53,894 nt of DNA from a virus (taxonomy: Duplodnaviria; Caudoviricetes), in the IMG/VR virus record IMGVR_UViG_3300020392_000021, positions 1 to 53,894 of that record, one strand, 5' to 3'. Within the stretch, counting starts at the first letter, position 1, and the number at the start of each line of letters is the position of its first letter. The notes below the pieces were generated by a model. It saw nothing but the letters and a program-made list of their open reading frames with translations. It did not search any database and was not told the origin of the DNA. Below are positions 30,157-39,441 of the stretch, piece by piece. Both the position numbers and the translations under genes were made by a program.

Positions 30157-30414
30157 TTAAATTGAATTAATTAACAAATCTAATCTATTACTTTTTTTTT
30201 CTACTCTTGATAAAACATCTTTAAAAACCTTTTTATCATTTTCTTTGTCAGTAATTCTATATTTAATCTCATCGATTAAAGTTTTTTCATTTAACATATA
30301 TAATTCATCTAATATGTTATCATAGTTTATCCATTTTCTTTTTATTTCTGTTCTCGCACCTTTAATTTGTTCAAACACAAATACTTTATAGCTATGTTCT
30401 AATTCTTCACCCAT
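30157..30414 (-). CDS. Hypothetical protein
   Basis: Likely start MGEELEHSYK at 30414, abutting upstream stop. Confidence 0.6.
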   Translation of the reverse strand: MGEELEHSYKVFVFEQIKGARTEIKRKWINYDNILDELYMLNEKTLIDEIKYRITDKENDKKVFKDVLSRVEKKSNRLDLLINSI

Positions 30415-31241
30415 TATCTTCCAGTAAAATTTTTGGACCATTTAGTTGTAGTATCCCTACCAAAGATATGATCTAAACCTTTAGGTGGGTGAGGTATCCA
30501 AGTTTTACTTTCTTGTCCCCATGGTGGTTCTATTTTATTTGGGTTATAATAATGTGTTGCACCTTTAGTGTTATCAGAAATATTACCACCACCTAAAAGT
30601 AGTTTTGCGTATTTAACCGCCAATTCCCAAGATTTTCTATTTTGATACCTATCATCATTAGGTCTATTCATCATAATATTCTTCATAGTCTCATTATCCC
30701 TACTAACTGGTTGGTGTTTGTTCCATCCTGAGAATTGTTTGGGTTCTAAAACGACATCTACCACACTACCTCTCCCTGCTTTACTTCTGTTTAATATTAC
30801 ATTTGCAATACCTTTTATGTCCGATTCTTTATCTTCTGATTCTTCCATAACAAAATTTATTGCTAATATTAATTCATTTAATGATAGGGTAGGTGGTTTT
30901 TTAAACCCTAATTTCCCTAAAGTTTTTGGTCCAATAGATACAGTACTTAAATCTTTAAATTTAACATCAAATAACTTACCTATCATTCTAGATGTTCTAT
31001 CACCGAAGTCTTTATCTGCACGAAAACCAATTTCTTCTGCAAATTTAGGAAATTTATCGTATAATTTTTGTTGTACTAGATTTAAAGGTCCTAAATCATT
31101 AGTTTGGTAGTCACCGTGATTCAAAGTATCGAAACCGTACCATATATCTTTGAGTGAAACGTAAGTTTTATCTACTTTATCACTAGTTTTTTCACTAATA
31201 ATTAGTTTTTTTAATTGTTTTTCTGTTAAATAAACCCTCAT
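30414..31241 (-). CDS. Leader-bearing cell-wall hydrolase (SleB/Hydrolase_2 lytic transglycosylase)
   Basis: MRVYLTEKQLKKLIISE; E..IANVILNR, VVLEPKQFSGWN, GATHYYNP, PPW, HIFG. Confidence 0.85.
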   Translation of the reverse strand: MRVYLTEKQLKKLIISEKTSDKVDKTYVSLKDIWYGFDTLNHGDYQTNDLGPLNLVQQKLYDKFPKFAEEIGFRADKDFGDRTSRMIGKLFDVKFKDLSTVSIGPKTLGKLGFKKPPTLSLNELILAINFVMEESEDKESDIKGIANVILNRSKAGRGSVVDVVLEPKQFSGWNKHQPVSRDNETMKNIMMNRPNDDRYQNRKSWELAVKYAKLLLGGGNISDNTKGATHYYNPNKIEPPWGQESKTWIPHPPKGLDHIFGRDTTTKWSKNFTGR

Positions 31242-31260
31242 TTTAATATTTTTACTTATT

Positions 31261-31274
31261 TATTTATATAAATA
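31261..31274. promoter_or_regulatory. Palindromic double TATTTAT motif between divergent genes
   Basis: TATTTATATAAATA perfect palindrome between 30414..31241 (-) and 31294..31695 (+). Confidence 0.55.
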
Positions 31275-31293
31275 TAATAATAATGTCTAAATT

Positions 31294-31695
31294 ATGAAAA
31301 AATTACCTAAAAATAACCCCAAAAGTAAAAATAGTAATAATTTTAATAAAATTAGGTATAAAATACGAAAAATCACCAAAAAATACCCTAAAATTAAACA
31401 AAAAATTAAAAATATTAAGAATTTAGAGAAAAAATTGTATTATGCTATGGTTTGGGAGGTTACTGAGGAACAACCTCTACAGATTTTAGAGAATTCTGAT
31501 AAAAGAGGGTGGAAAAATCATCATTTGGATCATATTTACCCTATTGCAATGGGTTTTCATAACAAAATATCACCTAAAAAGATAGGAAATATTAAAAATT
31601 TACGTTTTATACCCTATAAAGAGAACCTTCGTAAAGGTTCTTCACTAACTAATGAGTCACGAAACGCTTTACGAAGGTTAAAAAGGTTAAAATAG
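31294..31695 (+). CDS. HNH-like endonuclease-domain protein
   Basis: HHLDHIYPI...GNIKNLRFIPYKENLRKG. Confidence 0.65.
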   Translation: MKKLPKNNPKSKNSNNFNKIRYKIRKITKKYPKIKQKIKNIKNLEKKLYYAMVWEVTEEQPLQILENSDKRGWKNHHLDHIYPIAMGFHNKISPKKIGNIKNLRFIPYKENLRKGSSLTNESRNALRRLKRLK

Positions 31696-31700
31696 GGTAA

Positions 31701-31913
31701 TTATGCCCTAGTTGGTTTAAATGTGTGGAATAATTTCTGAGCTTCTTGCACAATTATTGATTTTTTTCTTTCTAATTCATCTAATCTAGATAATTGCTCC
31801 TTATTTAAATCCATACCTGCCGCTTCTGCTTTAATATCTGCTACTTGTCCATCTAATTTATCATGTTTTAATAATAAACTATGATAATACTCTGCTTTTT
31901 GATCGTTATTCAT
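31701..31913 (-). CDS. Small coiled-coil hypothetical protein
   Basis: 70-aa ORF in tight operon. Confidence 0.65.
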   Translation of the reverse strand: MNNDQKAEYYHSLLLKHDKLDGQVADIKAEAAGMDLNKEQLSRLDELERKKSIIVQEAQKLFHTFKPTRA

Positions 31914-31915
31914 TT

Positions 31916-32128
31916 TTATTTTTTTACTTTTTTATTATTATTGATAACCATTATTTCATATCTACAACCGTTATCTGTATTTTCATTTAATAAACCTACT
32001 AAATATTCTGCTTTACTTAATGTTGTTAATTCTAAAACTTGACTATGACCATCGGTTATTAGTACATGTAAGTCTTTTCCTGTGTTATCTCTATAACACT
32101 TTTTTATCATATAGGAATCTTTACTCAT
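31916..32128 (-). CDS. Small hypothetical protein
   Basis: 70-aa ORF; TATTTAT motif at 32132-32138. Confidence 0.65.
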   Translation of the reverse strand: MSKDSYMIKKCYRDNTGKDLHVLITDGHSQVLELTTLSKAEYLVGLLNENTDNGCRYEIMVINNNKKVKK

Positions 32129-32139
32129 ATTATAAATAT

Positions 32140-32334
32140 TTAAGTTGTTTGCCCGGTAAATGTACTAATATCACCAACCTCTTCAATCTCCATCTCTCTA
32201 TTTTTCATATCTTCCATATATTTCATAAACTGTTCTTGTATTTTCTTTTCCATAGACCTTTTTTGGATTTTTAACCTTTCGGTTCTAGCTTTGGATTTTT
32301 GTTTTTGATTTTTTCTATGTTTACTTTTTGGCAT
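32140..32334 (-). CDS. Small basic hypothetical protein
   Basis: MPKSKHRKNQKQK; host-like promoter TTTG-N20-TATATTTA at 32353-32384. Confidence 0.65.
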   Translation of the reverse strand: MPKSKHRKNQKQKSKARTERLKIQKRSMEKKIQEQFMKYMEDMKNREMEIEEVGDISTFTGQTT

Positions 32335-32395
32335 TATTATAATTTTTTTATTTAAATATAATCTTATTTTATTTAAATGTCAAATATTTATTAGT

Positions 32396-32800
32396 ATGAA
32401 ATTTATAGATATTTTAAATGAAATGGTTAAACACCCCTTCCCAAATAAAAAAAACGTTGTTATAAAAAATAGTGATGATAATGACGTTACTATTGAGTGT
32501 GAATATGCGCAAACAAGTAAACAAAAAATGACTGGTGCTTTAGGGATGGATTCTATGTGTGATTATTGTGGTATATTATTCGATGAAATATCACCCACAT
32601 ATTACCATATGCAAGGTGTAAAATTTCCATTAGATATGATTTTTTGTGATAGTAATGGTACTATTTTAGATATTGTTACTGCAGAACCTGATGGTGAGAA
32701 CGTATATCCACCAGATGGTTCAAAATATAATATAGAAGTTAATGGTGGTTTCTGTAATAAAAATAATATAAATAAAGGAGACGTTATTTACGTTTCATAA
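32396..32800 (+). CDS. DUF192-family protein with short T4-CTS-like leader
   Basis: MKFIDILNE; GILF...YHMQGVKFPLDMIF...IEVNGG. Confidence 0.8.
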   Translation: MKFIDILNEMVKHPFPNKKNVVIKNSDDNDVTIECEYAQTSKQKMTGALGMDSMCDYCGILFDEISPTYYHMQGVKFPLDMIFCDSNGTILDIVTAEPDGENVYPPDGSKYNIEVNGGFCNKNNINKGDVIYVS

Positions 32801-33657
32801 ATTTCAGGATTCTCTCTACCATATTTACGAACAAGTTCTCCGGCTTTTGCATTTGCTTCATCTTCCCACGGTGAACCATCTTCACCTTCTTCTTTTCTAC
32901 CTGTTAATTCACCTCTCTCATTTTGTTTATGGTGAACTAATTCATGTGCAACAGAACGAATGATATCTGGTAAAGCTCTATCTTTACCTAATACTGTTAC
33001 TTCATTATTGTTAATATCGTAACTTGCCAATGTTTCTACATCGTCAGAATCATTTGTAATATCTACGGTAAAGTTATCATCTAATTCTAAATCACCACTT
33101 ACAAAATCAACAAAATCATCTATTTTATCTTCCGTTAACTCTAATCGTCCAATAACACCTCTACTGCTTTCACCTCTTTTGATTATTTTAATTTTATCAT
33201 GTGGTAATAAAACTTTTAAAGTTCTACCATTTTCCCAATTAATCCATAAATGTTCTTCAGGTATACCTGAAATAACTTGTGAGTCTATTCTAGTTACTAC
33301 ACCCTTTGTTCCTGGTAGTATCGGGTTTGGATCTTCTCCCTCCATTTCAATCATTTCAATGGTGTCCCCAACCATTGGATAATCATCGTTATACAAATAT
33401 CTAACAAATTTATCTAAAATAGGTTTAATTAAATCCTCATTTTCAAAATACTCTAAACTATAAACATCCTCAATATGTGGTATGGCAGCATTATTAATAA
33501 TATTCTTAATTGCCTTTATACAGTTATAATATTCAGGCCCCCAATCATAAATTAATATTTCTTCGTTAAATGTATTAACTAAATCATCAAATATTACATC
33601 ACTTAGTGATCTTTGTTGTGTTTCTTCTTTAAGTATTTTTCTGATGAGAGATTTCAT
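32788..33657 (-). CDS. Leader-bearing multidomain protein: DUF4314-like plus HExxH zincin metallopeptidase-like
   Basis: MKSLIRKILKEE; VGDTIEMIEM..DPNPILPGTKGVV..WENGRTL; RSVAHELVHHKQ...EDEANA. Confidence 0.75.
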   Translation of the reverse strand: MKSLIRKILKEETQQRSLSDVIFDDLVNTFNEEILIYDWGPEYYNCIKAIKNIINNAAIPHIEDVYSLEYFENEDLIKPILDKFVRYLYNDDYPMVGDTIEMIEMEGEDPNPILPGTKGVVTRIDSQVISGIPEEHLWINWENGRTLKVLLPHDKIKIIKRGESSRGVIGRLELTEDKIDDFVDFVSGDLELDDNFTVDITNDSDDVETLASYDINNNEVTVLGKDRALPDIIRSVAHELVHHKQNERGELTGRKEEGEDGSPWEDEANAKAGELVRKYGRENPEIYET

Positions 33658-33741
33658 ATAATATAAATATAAGTTAAGTGGATAAAATTTTGCGTACTTT
33701 TATTAATAAAGTGAATATTTTTGATTATATGATATAATCTT

Positions 33742-33861
33742 TTATTTTGAACTTGTTGTTAAAACTTTAGATTTTACAGTCTTTGTCTTAACATTTAAAT
33801 CCTTAACCAACTTTACTAAGTCTTGTTCAGTCAGTCTAATAGAACCTCTTCTTGTTTTCAT
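33742..33861 (-). CDS. 39-aa leader-only micropeptide
   Basis: Hand-translated MKTRRGSIRLTEQDLVKLVKDLNVKTKTVKSKVLTTSSK; TATTTAT motifs at 33896-33906. Confidence 0.6.
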   Translation of the reverse strand: MKTRRGSIRLTEQDLVKLVKDLNVKTKTVKSKVLTTSSK

Positions 33862-33913
33862 ATTATAAAAAATTTAGATTATAAGTGTCTTATATATAAA
33901 TAAATATGTGTAA

Positions 33914-34792
33914 TTACATAAAAGAACTATACTCATCGTATAATCTATTATATAAGTACTCATTAAATTCTTTTATATCTAGTGTTCCTGCACCACCATA
34001 TCTGAAATGTCTATACTCATCTATAGTTACTGGTTCACCGAATAAAACATCTCCTTCATCACCATTCCAAACATCTTCCCACTCCCTTTCAACTATGGCA
34101 CTAACGACTTCATTCCAGTCATATCCTTGTTCTAAACTATCGGATAGTATATCTAATGCTGCATCATGATTCATTATATCACAAACCGATATTCTACCTT
34201 TTAATGTGTGGGTATCCCAATCCCATTTACCCTCTATTTTATCGGTTACTTCATGTACCCCATCTAAAAAGTCTTCATGTAATGCATTTATATCGGCATT
34301 TTGTTGTGCGTCACTATATGCACAACCAATCGCACTTTCTAAATCACCGTTTTTAATAAATTCTCTTAAGGTTTCATCTTCCTCTTTTTGTGATTCATAT
34401 ATTTTTATTATGATTTTCATGTTCTCTTCATTAATATCATCTAATTGATATTCGTCATAATAACATTCGTAACCATCATACATATAATCATAATCATCTT
34501 CTAAAAACCTTTTTACCATATTTTGTATGTCATAATCGCCATCGTAAAACATATTTGAAATTTCGTCTGCCTCTAATACAAAATTAATATATTCATCACA
34601 TCCACCATCATAATCTTTAAGGTATTTCCACATAAGATTTATTTCTTCTTCAACATCTAGCTCCATATCTCTAAGGTACTCATCAATAAATTTTTCAATA
34701 CCAATCTTATCGATAATTTTAAATGCGCCCAATTCAAACTTGTTAAAGTTTGATGTCTCCTCCTTTAATATTTTTCTAATTAATTTTTTCAT
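33914..34792 (-). CDS. Leader-bearing acidic protein, paralogue of 7922..9166
   Basis: MKKLIRKILKEE; D/E/Y-rich. Confidence 0.75.
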   Translation of the reverse strand: MKKLIRKILKEETSNFNKFELGAFKIIDKIGIEKFIDEYLRDMELDVEEEINLMWKYLKDYDGGCDEYINFVLEADEISNMFYDGDYDIQNMVKRFLEDDYDYMYDGYECYYDEYQLDDINEENMKIIIKIYESQKEEDETLREFIKNGDLESAIGCAYSDAQQNADINALHEDFLDGVHEVTDKIEGKWDWDTHTLKGRISVCDIMNHDAALDILSDSLEQGYDWNEVVSAIVEREWEDVWNGDEGDVLFGEPVTIDEYRHFRYGGAGTLDIKEFNEYLYNRLYDEYSSFM

Positions 34793-35271
34793 TACCAATC
34801 CATATCGTGTTCTTCAGGATAATCATTTATGGGATCATTATCCATATGTTTTTTTATTCTATCAAATAAATATTGATAAATAATACTATAAAATTCCATA
34901 TCACTTGATTCACCACCGAACATATCTATTATCGCTAACTCCACTGCACTAACAAATTGATCGTTATCTTCCGCATGTACTACATTATATATGTCGTGTG
35001 TACCTGTAGGGTAATGGAATGTACCACTACACCCATAACAATAATTTTTAGCGATAGGTTCTACATCATCAAAATAAACGGTATACGTTGTGGAATTATC
35101 GGATTTAACAATCATATCTATATTAATGATATTATCTAAATATTTTATTATTAATGGTAATATTTTTTTGTTAGTGAAGTATTCTTGCCATTGTGTAGAC
35201 ATAATTTTTTTATAGTCCTCAATCCTTTCACTATACTCTTCCCTTAAAATTTTTTTAATTAATTTTTTCAT
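34792..35271 (-). CDS. Leader-bearing hypothetical protein
   Basis: MKKLIKKILREE. Confidence 0.75.
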   Translation of the reverse strand: MKKLIKKILREEYSERIEDYKKIMSTQWQEYFTNKKILPLIIKYLDNIINIDMIVKSDNSTTYTVYFDDVEPIAKNYCYGCSGTFHYPTGTHDIYNVVHAEDNDQFVSAVELAIIDMFGGESSDMEFYSIIYQYLFDRIKKHMDNDPINDYPEEHDMDW

Positions 35272-35795
35272 CCTCTAATAATATCCCACAATTTATCTTT
35301 ATTGGTTTTAATTATTTCACCCTGATTCCATGGTCTCATTTGACTCATTTGTTTTTTAGTGGACATAGAATAACCATCTTCATTTTCAAACCATTGTCCA
35401 TCCTTATAAACAAATACAGGATACCAATCATAAGAAAATACCACATACGCACCATTTCTATATTCTGCGTGTGTATTATTACCTTTAAATGGTATTCTAT
35501 TAATAACTAAATCTCTAGATCTAATATTTGCAGTTCTCATCTTCCTATCCTTTATGTCTTTTCTTACTAAAGGATTATTAGATATAGTACTAACATTATC
35601 TTTAAATAATTGATACATCTCAAACGCCTCCATACCAACAATACCCATCACATCATTAAGGTATCTTAATACTTTTTGGTACGGTGTTCTCGAATCGAAT
35701 CCTTCACGCCTTAATATGTCTATCATATTCTTTTGATAATTGTCTTGTTGTGCAGTTACCTCCTCTTTTAATATTTTACGTATAATTTGTTTCAT
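35268..35795 (-). CDS. Leader-bearing hypothetical protein
   Basis: MKQIIRKILKEE; C-terminal YVVFSYDWYP..WFENEDGYSMST domain. Confidence 0.75.
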   Translation of the reverse strand: MKQIIRKILKEEVTAQQDNYQKNMIDILRREGFDSRTPYQKVLRYLNDVMGIVGMEAFEMYQLFKDNVSTISNNPLVRKDIKDRKMRTANIRSRDLVINRIPFKGNNTHAEYRNGAYVVFSYDWYPVFVYKDGQWFENEDGYSMSTKKQMSQMRPWNQGEIIKTNKDKLWDIIRG

Positions 35796-35811
35796 ATTCT
35801 TTTAATAAATA

Positions 35812-35843
35812 TTTGTAAAATTAAATAAATTTTTCTATATTTG
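35812..35843 (+). promoter_or_regulatory. Bacteroidota primary-sigma promoter
   Basis: TTTG-N20-TATATTTG, followed by TATAAAATCAAACA as at 24250 and 42679. Confidence 0.75.
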
Positions 35844-35859
35844 TATAAAATCAAACATT

Positions 35860-36456
35860 ATGAATAAACACATAGTTTTCAAACACCCCAAAACAAACAT
35901 ACCCTATATAGATACTGATGATGCAATAGTAGGTTATTCTAAAAGTGCAATAGCAAAAAGTGAGGATAATGATTGTTGTGTAAGAGCATTTGCATCAGTA
36001 ACAGAATCACCCTATGATGATGCACACGATTACGTTAAGAAAATATTTAAAAGAAAAAAAGGAAAAGGTACGCCACGTTTTCCATTAACAATGAGTGAAA
36101 GAGAAGGTTTAAAGACGTTAAATGGTTATAAGTATAAAGAATTAAAGAATCACGATAAAACCACCTTTAAAAAACCTGTTAAGTATTACTGTTGGGAAGA
36201 TCGTAAATATAAGTATCGTTATGTAGAACGTACATTAGATAGTAAGTATTACCCACTTATAACTACCTATGGTAAAACCAGAGCCAGTCAAATGACTGTA
36301 GGCACATTTATCAAAGAATATAATATTGGTAGATATTTAATACATGTAAGAGGTCATGCATTTACAATAATAGATGGTGTGGTTGTTGGTAATTCTTGTG
36401 ATTCTAAACAACTAAAATGTAGAATAGTGGGTGCATATAAATTTTATAAAAAATGA
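35860..36456 (+). CDS. Hypothetical phage protein with DCxVRA...H motif
   Basis: NDCCVRAFA and VRGHAFTIIDG; possible Cys-His dyad. Confidence 0.7.
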   Translation: MNKHIVFKHPKTNIPYIDTDDAIVGYSKSAIAKSEDNDCCVRAFASVTESPYDDAHDYVKKIFKRKKGKGTPRFPLTMSEREGLKTLNGYKYKELKNHDKTTFKKPVKYYCWEDRKYKYRYVERTLDSKYYPLITTYGKTRASQMTVGTFIKEYNIGRYLIHVRGHAFTIIDGVVVGNSCDSKQLKCRIVGAYKFYKK

Positions 36457-36680
36457 ATGATTTAAGTTTAATAGAATATTTAATAATTTTTTTATCAATA
36501 ACCTTTATTTTTTGGGGTGGATACCTTATAGGTATTAATAAGGATAAATTATTTCCCAAAGAAGAAAAAGAAGAAAAAACCCTTACGGAATTAGATTTAG
36601 AATTAGAAGAAGCTTTAGAAGTAGAAGACTATGAAGAAGCAATGAAAATAACAAAACAAATAGAAAAAATAAAAAAATGA
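36453..36680 (+). CDS. Membrane-anchored UVR(UvrB/C)-motif protein
   Basis: N-terminal TM helix; LEEALEVEDYEEAMKITKQI. Confidence 0.7.
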   Translation: MNDLSLIEYLIIFLSITFIFWGGYLIGINKDKLFPKEEKEEKTLTELDLELEEALEVEDYEEAMKITKQIEKIKK

Positions 36681-36838
36681 ACAACACAACCACCGATTAT
36701 GATGATTCAGTAAAAAAAATGGAGTGTACTGACATTATAGAAGGTTATTTATTAGATAACTATCCACACATATATAATACAATAACTAGAAGAGAAATAA
36801 AACTTTGGGTTGAGAAATATTTAGAGACTAATAAGTAA
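36677..36838 (+). CDS. Small hypothetical protein (53 aa)
   Basis: Hand-translated MNNTTTDYDDSVKKMEC...; ATGA overlap with previous stop. Confidence 0.55.
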   Translation: MNNTTTDYDDSVKKMECTDIIEGYLLDNYPHIYNTITRREIKLWVEKYLETNK

Positions 36839-38630
36839 GTTTTTGTCCGTGATAATCTTCTAAGTAAGATATTAAATCTTCGTGATAAGGTTTAAAGTCT
36901 TCCTTAGTCCACCCATCAAAAAAACCTTCATCCTTTAATGTGGCTTCGTATGCTCTTTTACCTCTAAAAAATCTTGATTCACTACCAGCACCTAAATAAT
37001 CTATTTTACCATATCTAGACCATTTAAGTATATCTATATAGTCTTCTATCTTTCTTAGATCATAATCTCTTGTTAGATAACTACCCCAGTCTTCTTCTCT
37101 AATTATTAATGAGGGGGTATACTCTAAATCCCAATCACCGATTAAAACGCTATTCATAGAATTTAAACGATTACTTTTAAATATATGGTAAAGTGCTGCA
37201 TTATATACATCTTCAACCTCGCTATAATTTAATCCATATATATCACCATAAAAGTCTCTAAATCTATTGAATAACCAGTCCCCTCTTAACTTATTTAATA
37301 TCCCTTGTTTTTCTACCCTAACTGGTGCAACATTATCATCGTAAGTAGGTTCTACCATCTCATTAAAATTCCAAAACCTATCATCTTCACTTATAGAGTC
37401 AATCACTTTTTTTTTAACTTTATCTAAATAGTCTGTCTGTTTAGTAGATTCCGCCAATATCCATTCCTCATTCCAATCCTCCCAATCTTCATCTCTTTGG
37501 TAATTATTTATTTGTTCTATAATTTCATCACTTAATATTTCGGATATTATAGGTACGGTAGGATCATCATCTCCTGATAATAAACTTTGTTTCTTTAAAT
37601 ATTGTTTAACTAATTCAGGTATATTTCTTCTGACTACATCTATACTATCTTTTGTTAATCCTGTTTTATCGTTCCATCTATATAATAATTGTGGTAGATT
37701 ATTACCACCCTCAAAACCTAACCCATTAAAATCAAATAAAACTTTAAAGGATCTTAAAAGAGTCATTTTTAAAATGTCAGTAACTATTCTATTTATAAAT
37801 CCATTCTTATGATATATTTTACCTACATTCTGTCTAATCTGAGGTGCGGTTTGTTCAGTTAATGAAGAACGAAGATTAACCAACTTTCTTACATAACCTT
37901 TATCTTTTGCAATTTTATATGTATTTTGTGTTAATTTTTTCGCAATGGGTGCAACCATCGGATCATCAAAGTGTCTGTTGGTTATTCTTTTTGGTACACC
38001 TATACCCATTGTTTTAAATAGATAATATGCAACTAAGTTAGATAAAGTACTCAATACAAATTCATAATCAAATATTCCTACATTACTGTGATAAGGATCA
38101 TAATAAAAATCAACATTTCTACTAAGATCACTATCTCTAAACCCATAATCTATAGTATTAAAATTTATACTCTCTTTACTGTATCTAAAATTCTTTTCAA
38201 TATCCCTAACCACCTTATCAATTAATGACTCAATATTTTTATTTTCTCTCATAACAATAGGGGCATCTGGTGTATCATCTTCTTTAAGATATCTATTATA
38301 AAGTTTAGGTATAAAAAATCTAGCCAAAACATTTATTATATCTTTAAGGTTAAAATATCCATAATGATCCTCAAAAATAATAAAAAAGTCATTAAGTGTT
38401 TGGCTAACTATATCCCTAGTTAATTCCATTAATGGTTGGTAACTTTGACGAATTCTTTCTAAATCATCTTTAGATAAACTATAATGCACACTATTTTTCT
38501 CATCAAACCCAAACCAGACATTATAATCAGTATCCCCATCTTCTTCTGAAGGAGGACTTACATAAATATTATTCATCAGTTCATCTGCAACTTTCTCTAA
38601 GAATTTATATGAATTAGATTGTGTTTCCAT
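36828..38630 (-). CDS. Repeat-module polyprotein-like protein
   Basis: Four modules opening with FLEKVADEL / LIDKVVRDI / FINRIVTDI / YLDKVKKKV after MRE-N, LTE-Q, LAE-S. Confidence 0.75.
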   Translation of the reverse strand: METQSNSYKFLEKVADELMNNIYVSPPSEEDGDTDYNVWFGFDEKNSVHYSLSKDDLERIRQSYQPLMELTRDIVSQTLNDFFIIFEDHYGYFNLKDIINVLARFFIPKLYNRYLKEDDTPDAPIVMRENKNIESLIDKVVRDIEKNFRYSKESINFNTIDYGFRDSDLSRNVDFYYDPYHSNVGIFDYEFVLSTLSNLVAYYLFKTMGIGVPKRITNRHFDDPMVAPIAKKLTQNTYKIAKDKGYVRKLVNLRSSLTEQTAPQIRQNVGKIYHKNGFINRIVTDILKMTLLRSFKVLFDFNGLGFEGGNNLPQLLYRWNDKTGLTKDSIDVVRRNIPELVKQYLKKQSLLSGDDDPTVPIISEILSDEIIEQINNYQRDEDWEDWNEEWILAESTKQTDYLDKVKKKVIDSISEDDRFWNFNEMVEPTYDDNVAPVRVEKQGILNKLRGDWLFNRFRDFYGDIYGLNYSEVEDVYNAALYHIFKSNRLNSMNSVLIGDWDLEYTPSLIIREEDWGSYLTRDYDLRKIEDYIDILKWSRYGKIDYLGAGSESRFFRGKRAYEATLKDEGFFDGWTKEDFKPYHEDLISYLEDYHGQKLTY

Positions 38631-38643
38631 CTAAAAATAAATA

Positions 38644-39036
38644 TCACTTCTTTTTATAAAAAGTATGTGGATTTCCATTGTCATCAAAAACAATAAATTC
38701 ACTATATGGATTTTCCAAAACTATATTAGGATTAGAAAGTAATTCCTTTTTAATTATATTAAATGGTTTACGTTTATACCATTCTTCCACTTTACCCAAT
38801 AAATTAACTGTTACTACTAAATAATATAATTCTTTTTTATCTACAACATCCTCAATAACCTCAAAACCTCTTTTACATAATAATTCTTTTCTTTCATCGT
38901 AAGTTCTTATTAATTTAATATTATTTATAAAGTCAGTATCTGACATATTAATAATATCCTTTTTAATTTTTTCTAATGCTATGTTTGAGTCAACATATCC
39001 ATATATTTCTTTAGTTGTAACTTTAGTACCTTTCAT
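38644..39036 (-). CDS. Hypothetical protein
   Basis: Likely start MKGTKV at 39036 behind TATTTAT motif 39051-39057; ORF-track extension crosses a terminator. Confidence 0.65.
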   Translation of the reverse strand: MKGTKVTTKEIYGYVDSNIALEKIKKDIINMSDTDFINNIKLIRTYDERKELLCKRGFEVIEDVVDKKELYYLVVTVNLLGKVEEWYKRKPFNIIKKELLSNPNIVLENPYSEFIVFDDNGNPHTFYKKK

Positions 39037-39066
39037 TTTATAGTTTATATATAAATATATAGGCAT

Positions 39067-39093
39067 AAAAAAACCCTCACTGTAGAGGGTTTT
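39067..39093 (-). terminator. Intrinsic terminator
   Basis: AAAACCCTC-ACTGTA-GAGGGTTTT. Confidence 0.75.
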
Positions 39094-39113
39094 ATTATTT
39101 TTATTATTTATAC

Positions 39114-39419
39114 TTACGCAATAATATACAAATATGTAATAATAACTGGTAGGTGAGTATACGCAAAGTACCTCTTCCAATCATTATCATTAACATTTAA
39201 TATTCCAATAAGTGTAGTTCTTAAAAACTTAGAGAATTTTTTACCTATACCGTAAGCTACCACACTTAACATTGCAAATACTGAAGGTGCGTTGTACTGA
39301 TAATCTAATGGAAATATAGAAAAGAATAAGAATACCGTACATATTCCGAATATTACATCTACTGCAGTAATTTTGATTCCATTACTGTTTAAAATTGAAT
39401 TTTGATTTGAATTTTTCAT
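39114..39419 (-). CDS. Small membrane protein (about 3 TM)
   Basis: Hydrophobic segments; own host-type promoter and terminator. Confidence 0.7.
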   Translation of the reverse strand: MKNSNQNSILNSNGIKITAVDVIFGICTVFLFFSIFPLDYQYNAPSVFAMLSVVAYGIGKKFSKFLRTTLIGILNVNDNDWKRYFAYTHLPVIITYLYIIA

Positions 39420-39441
39420 ATTATTTATTTTTTATTTACTA

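Noticed and set aside
31294-31695. Mobile homing endonuclease or intron
   Set aside because: Free-standing short ORF not interrupting a gene; mobility cannot be supported
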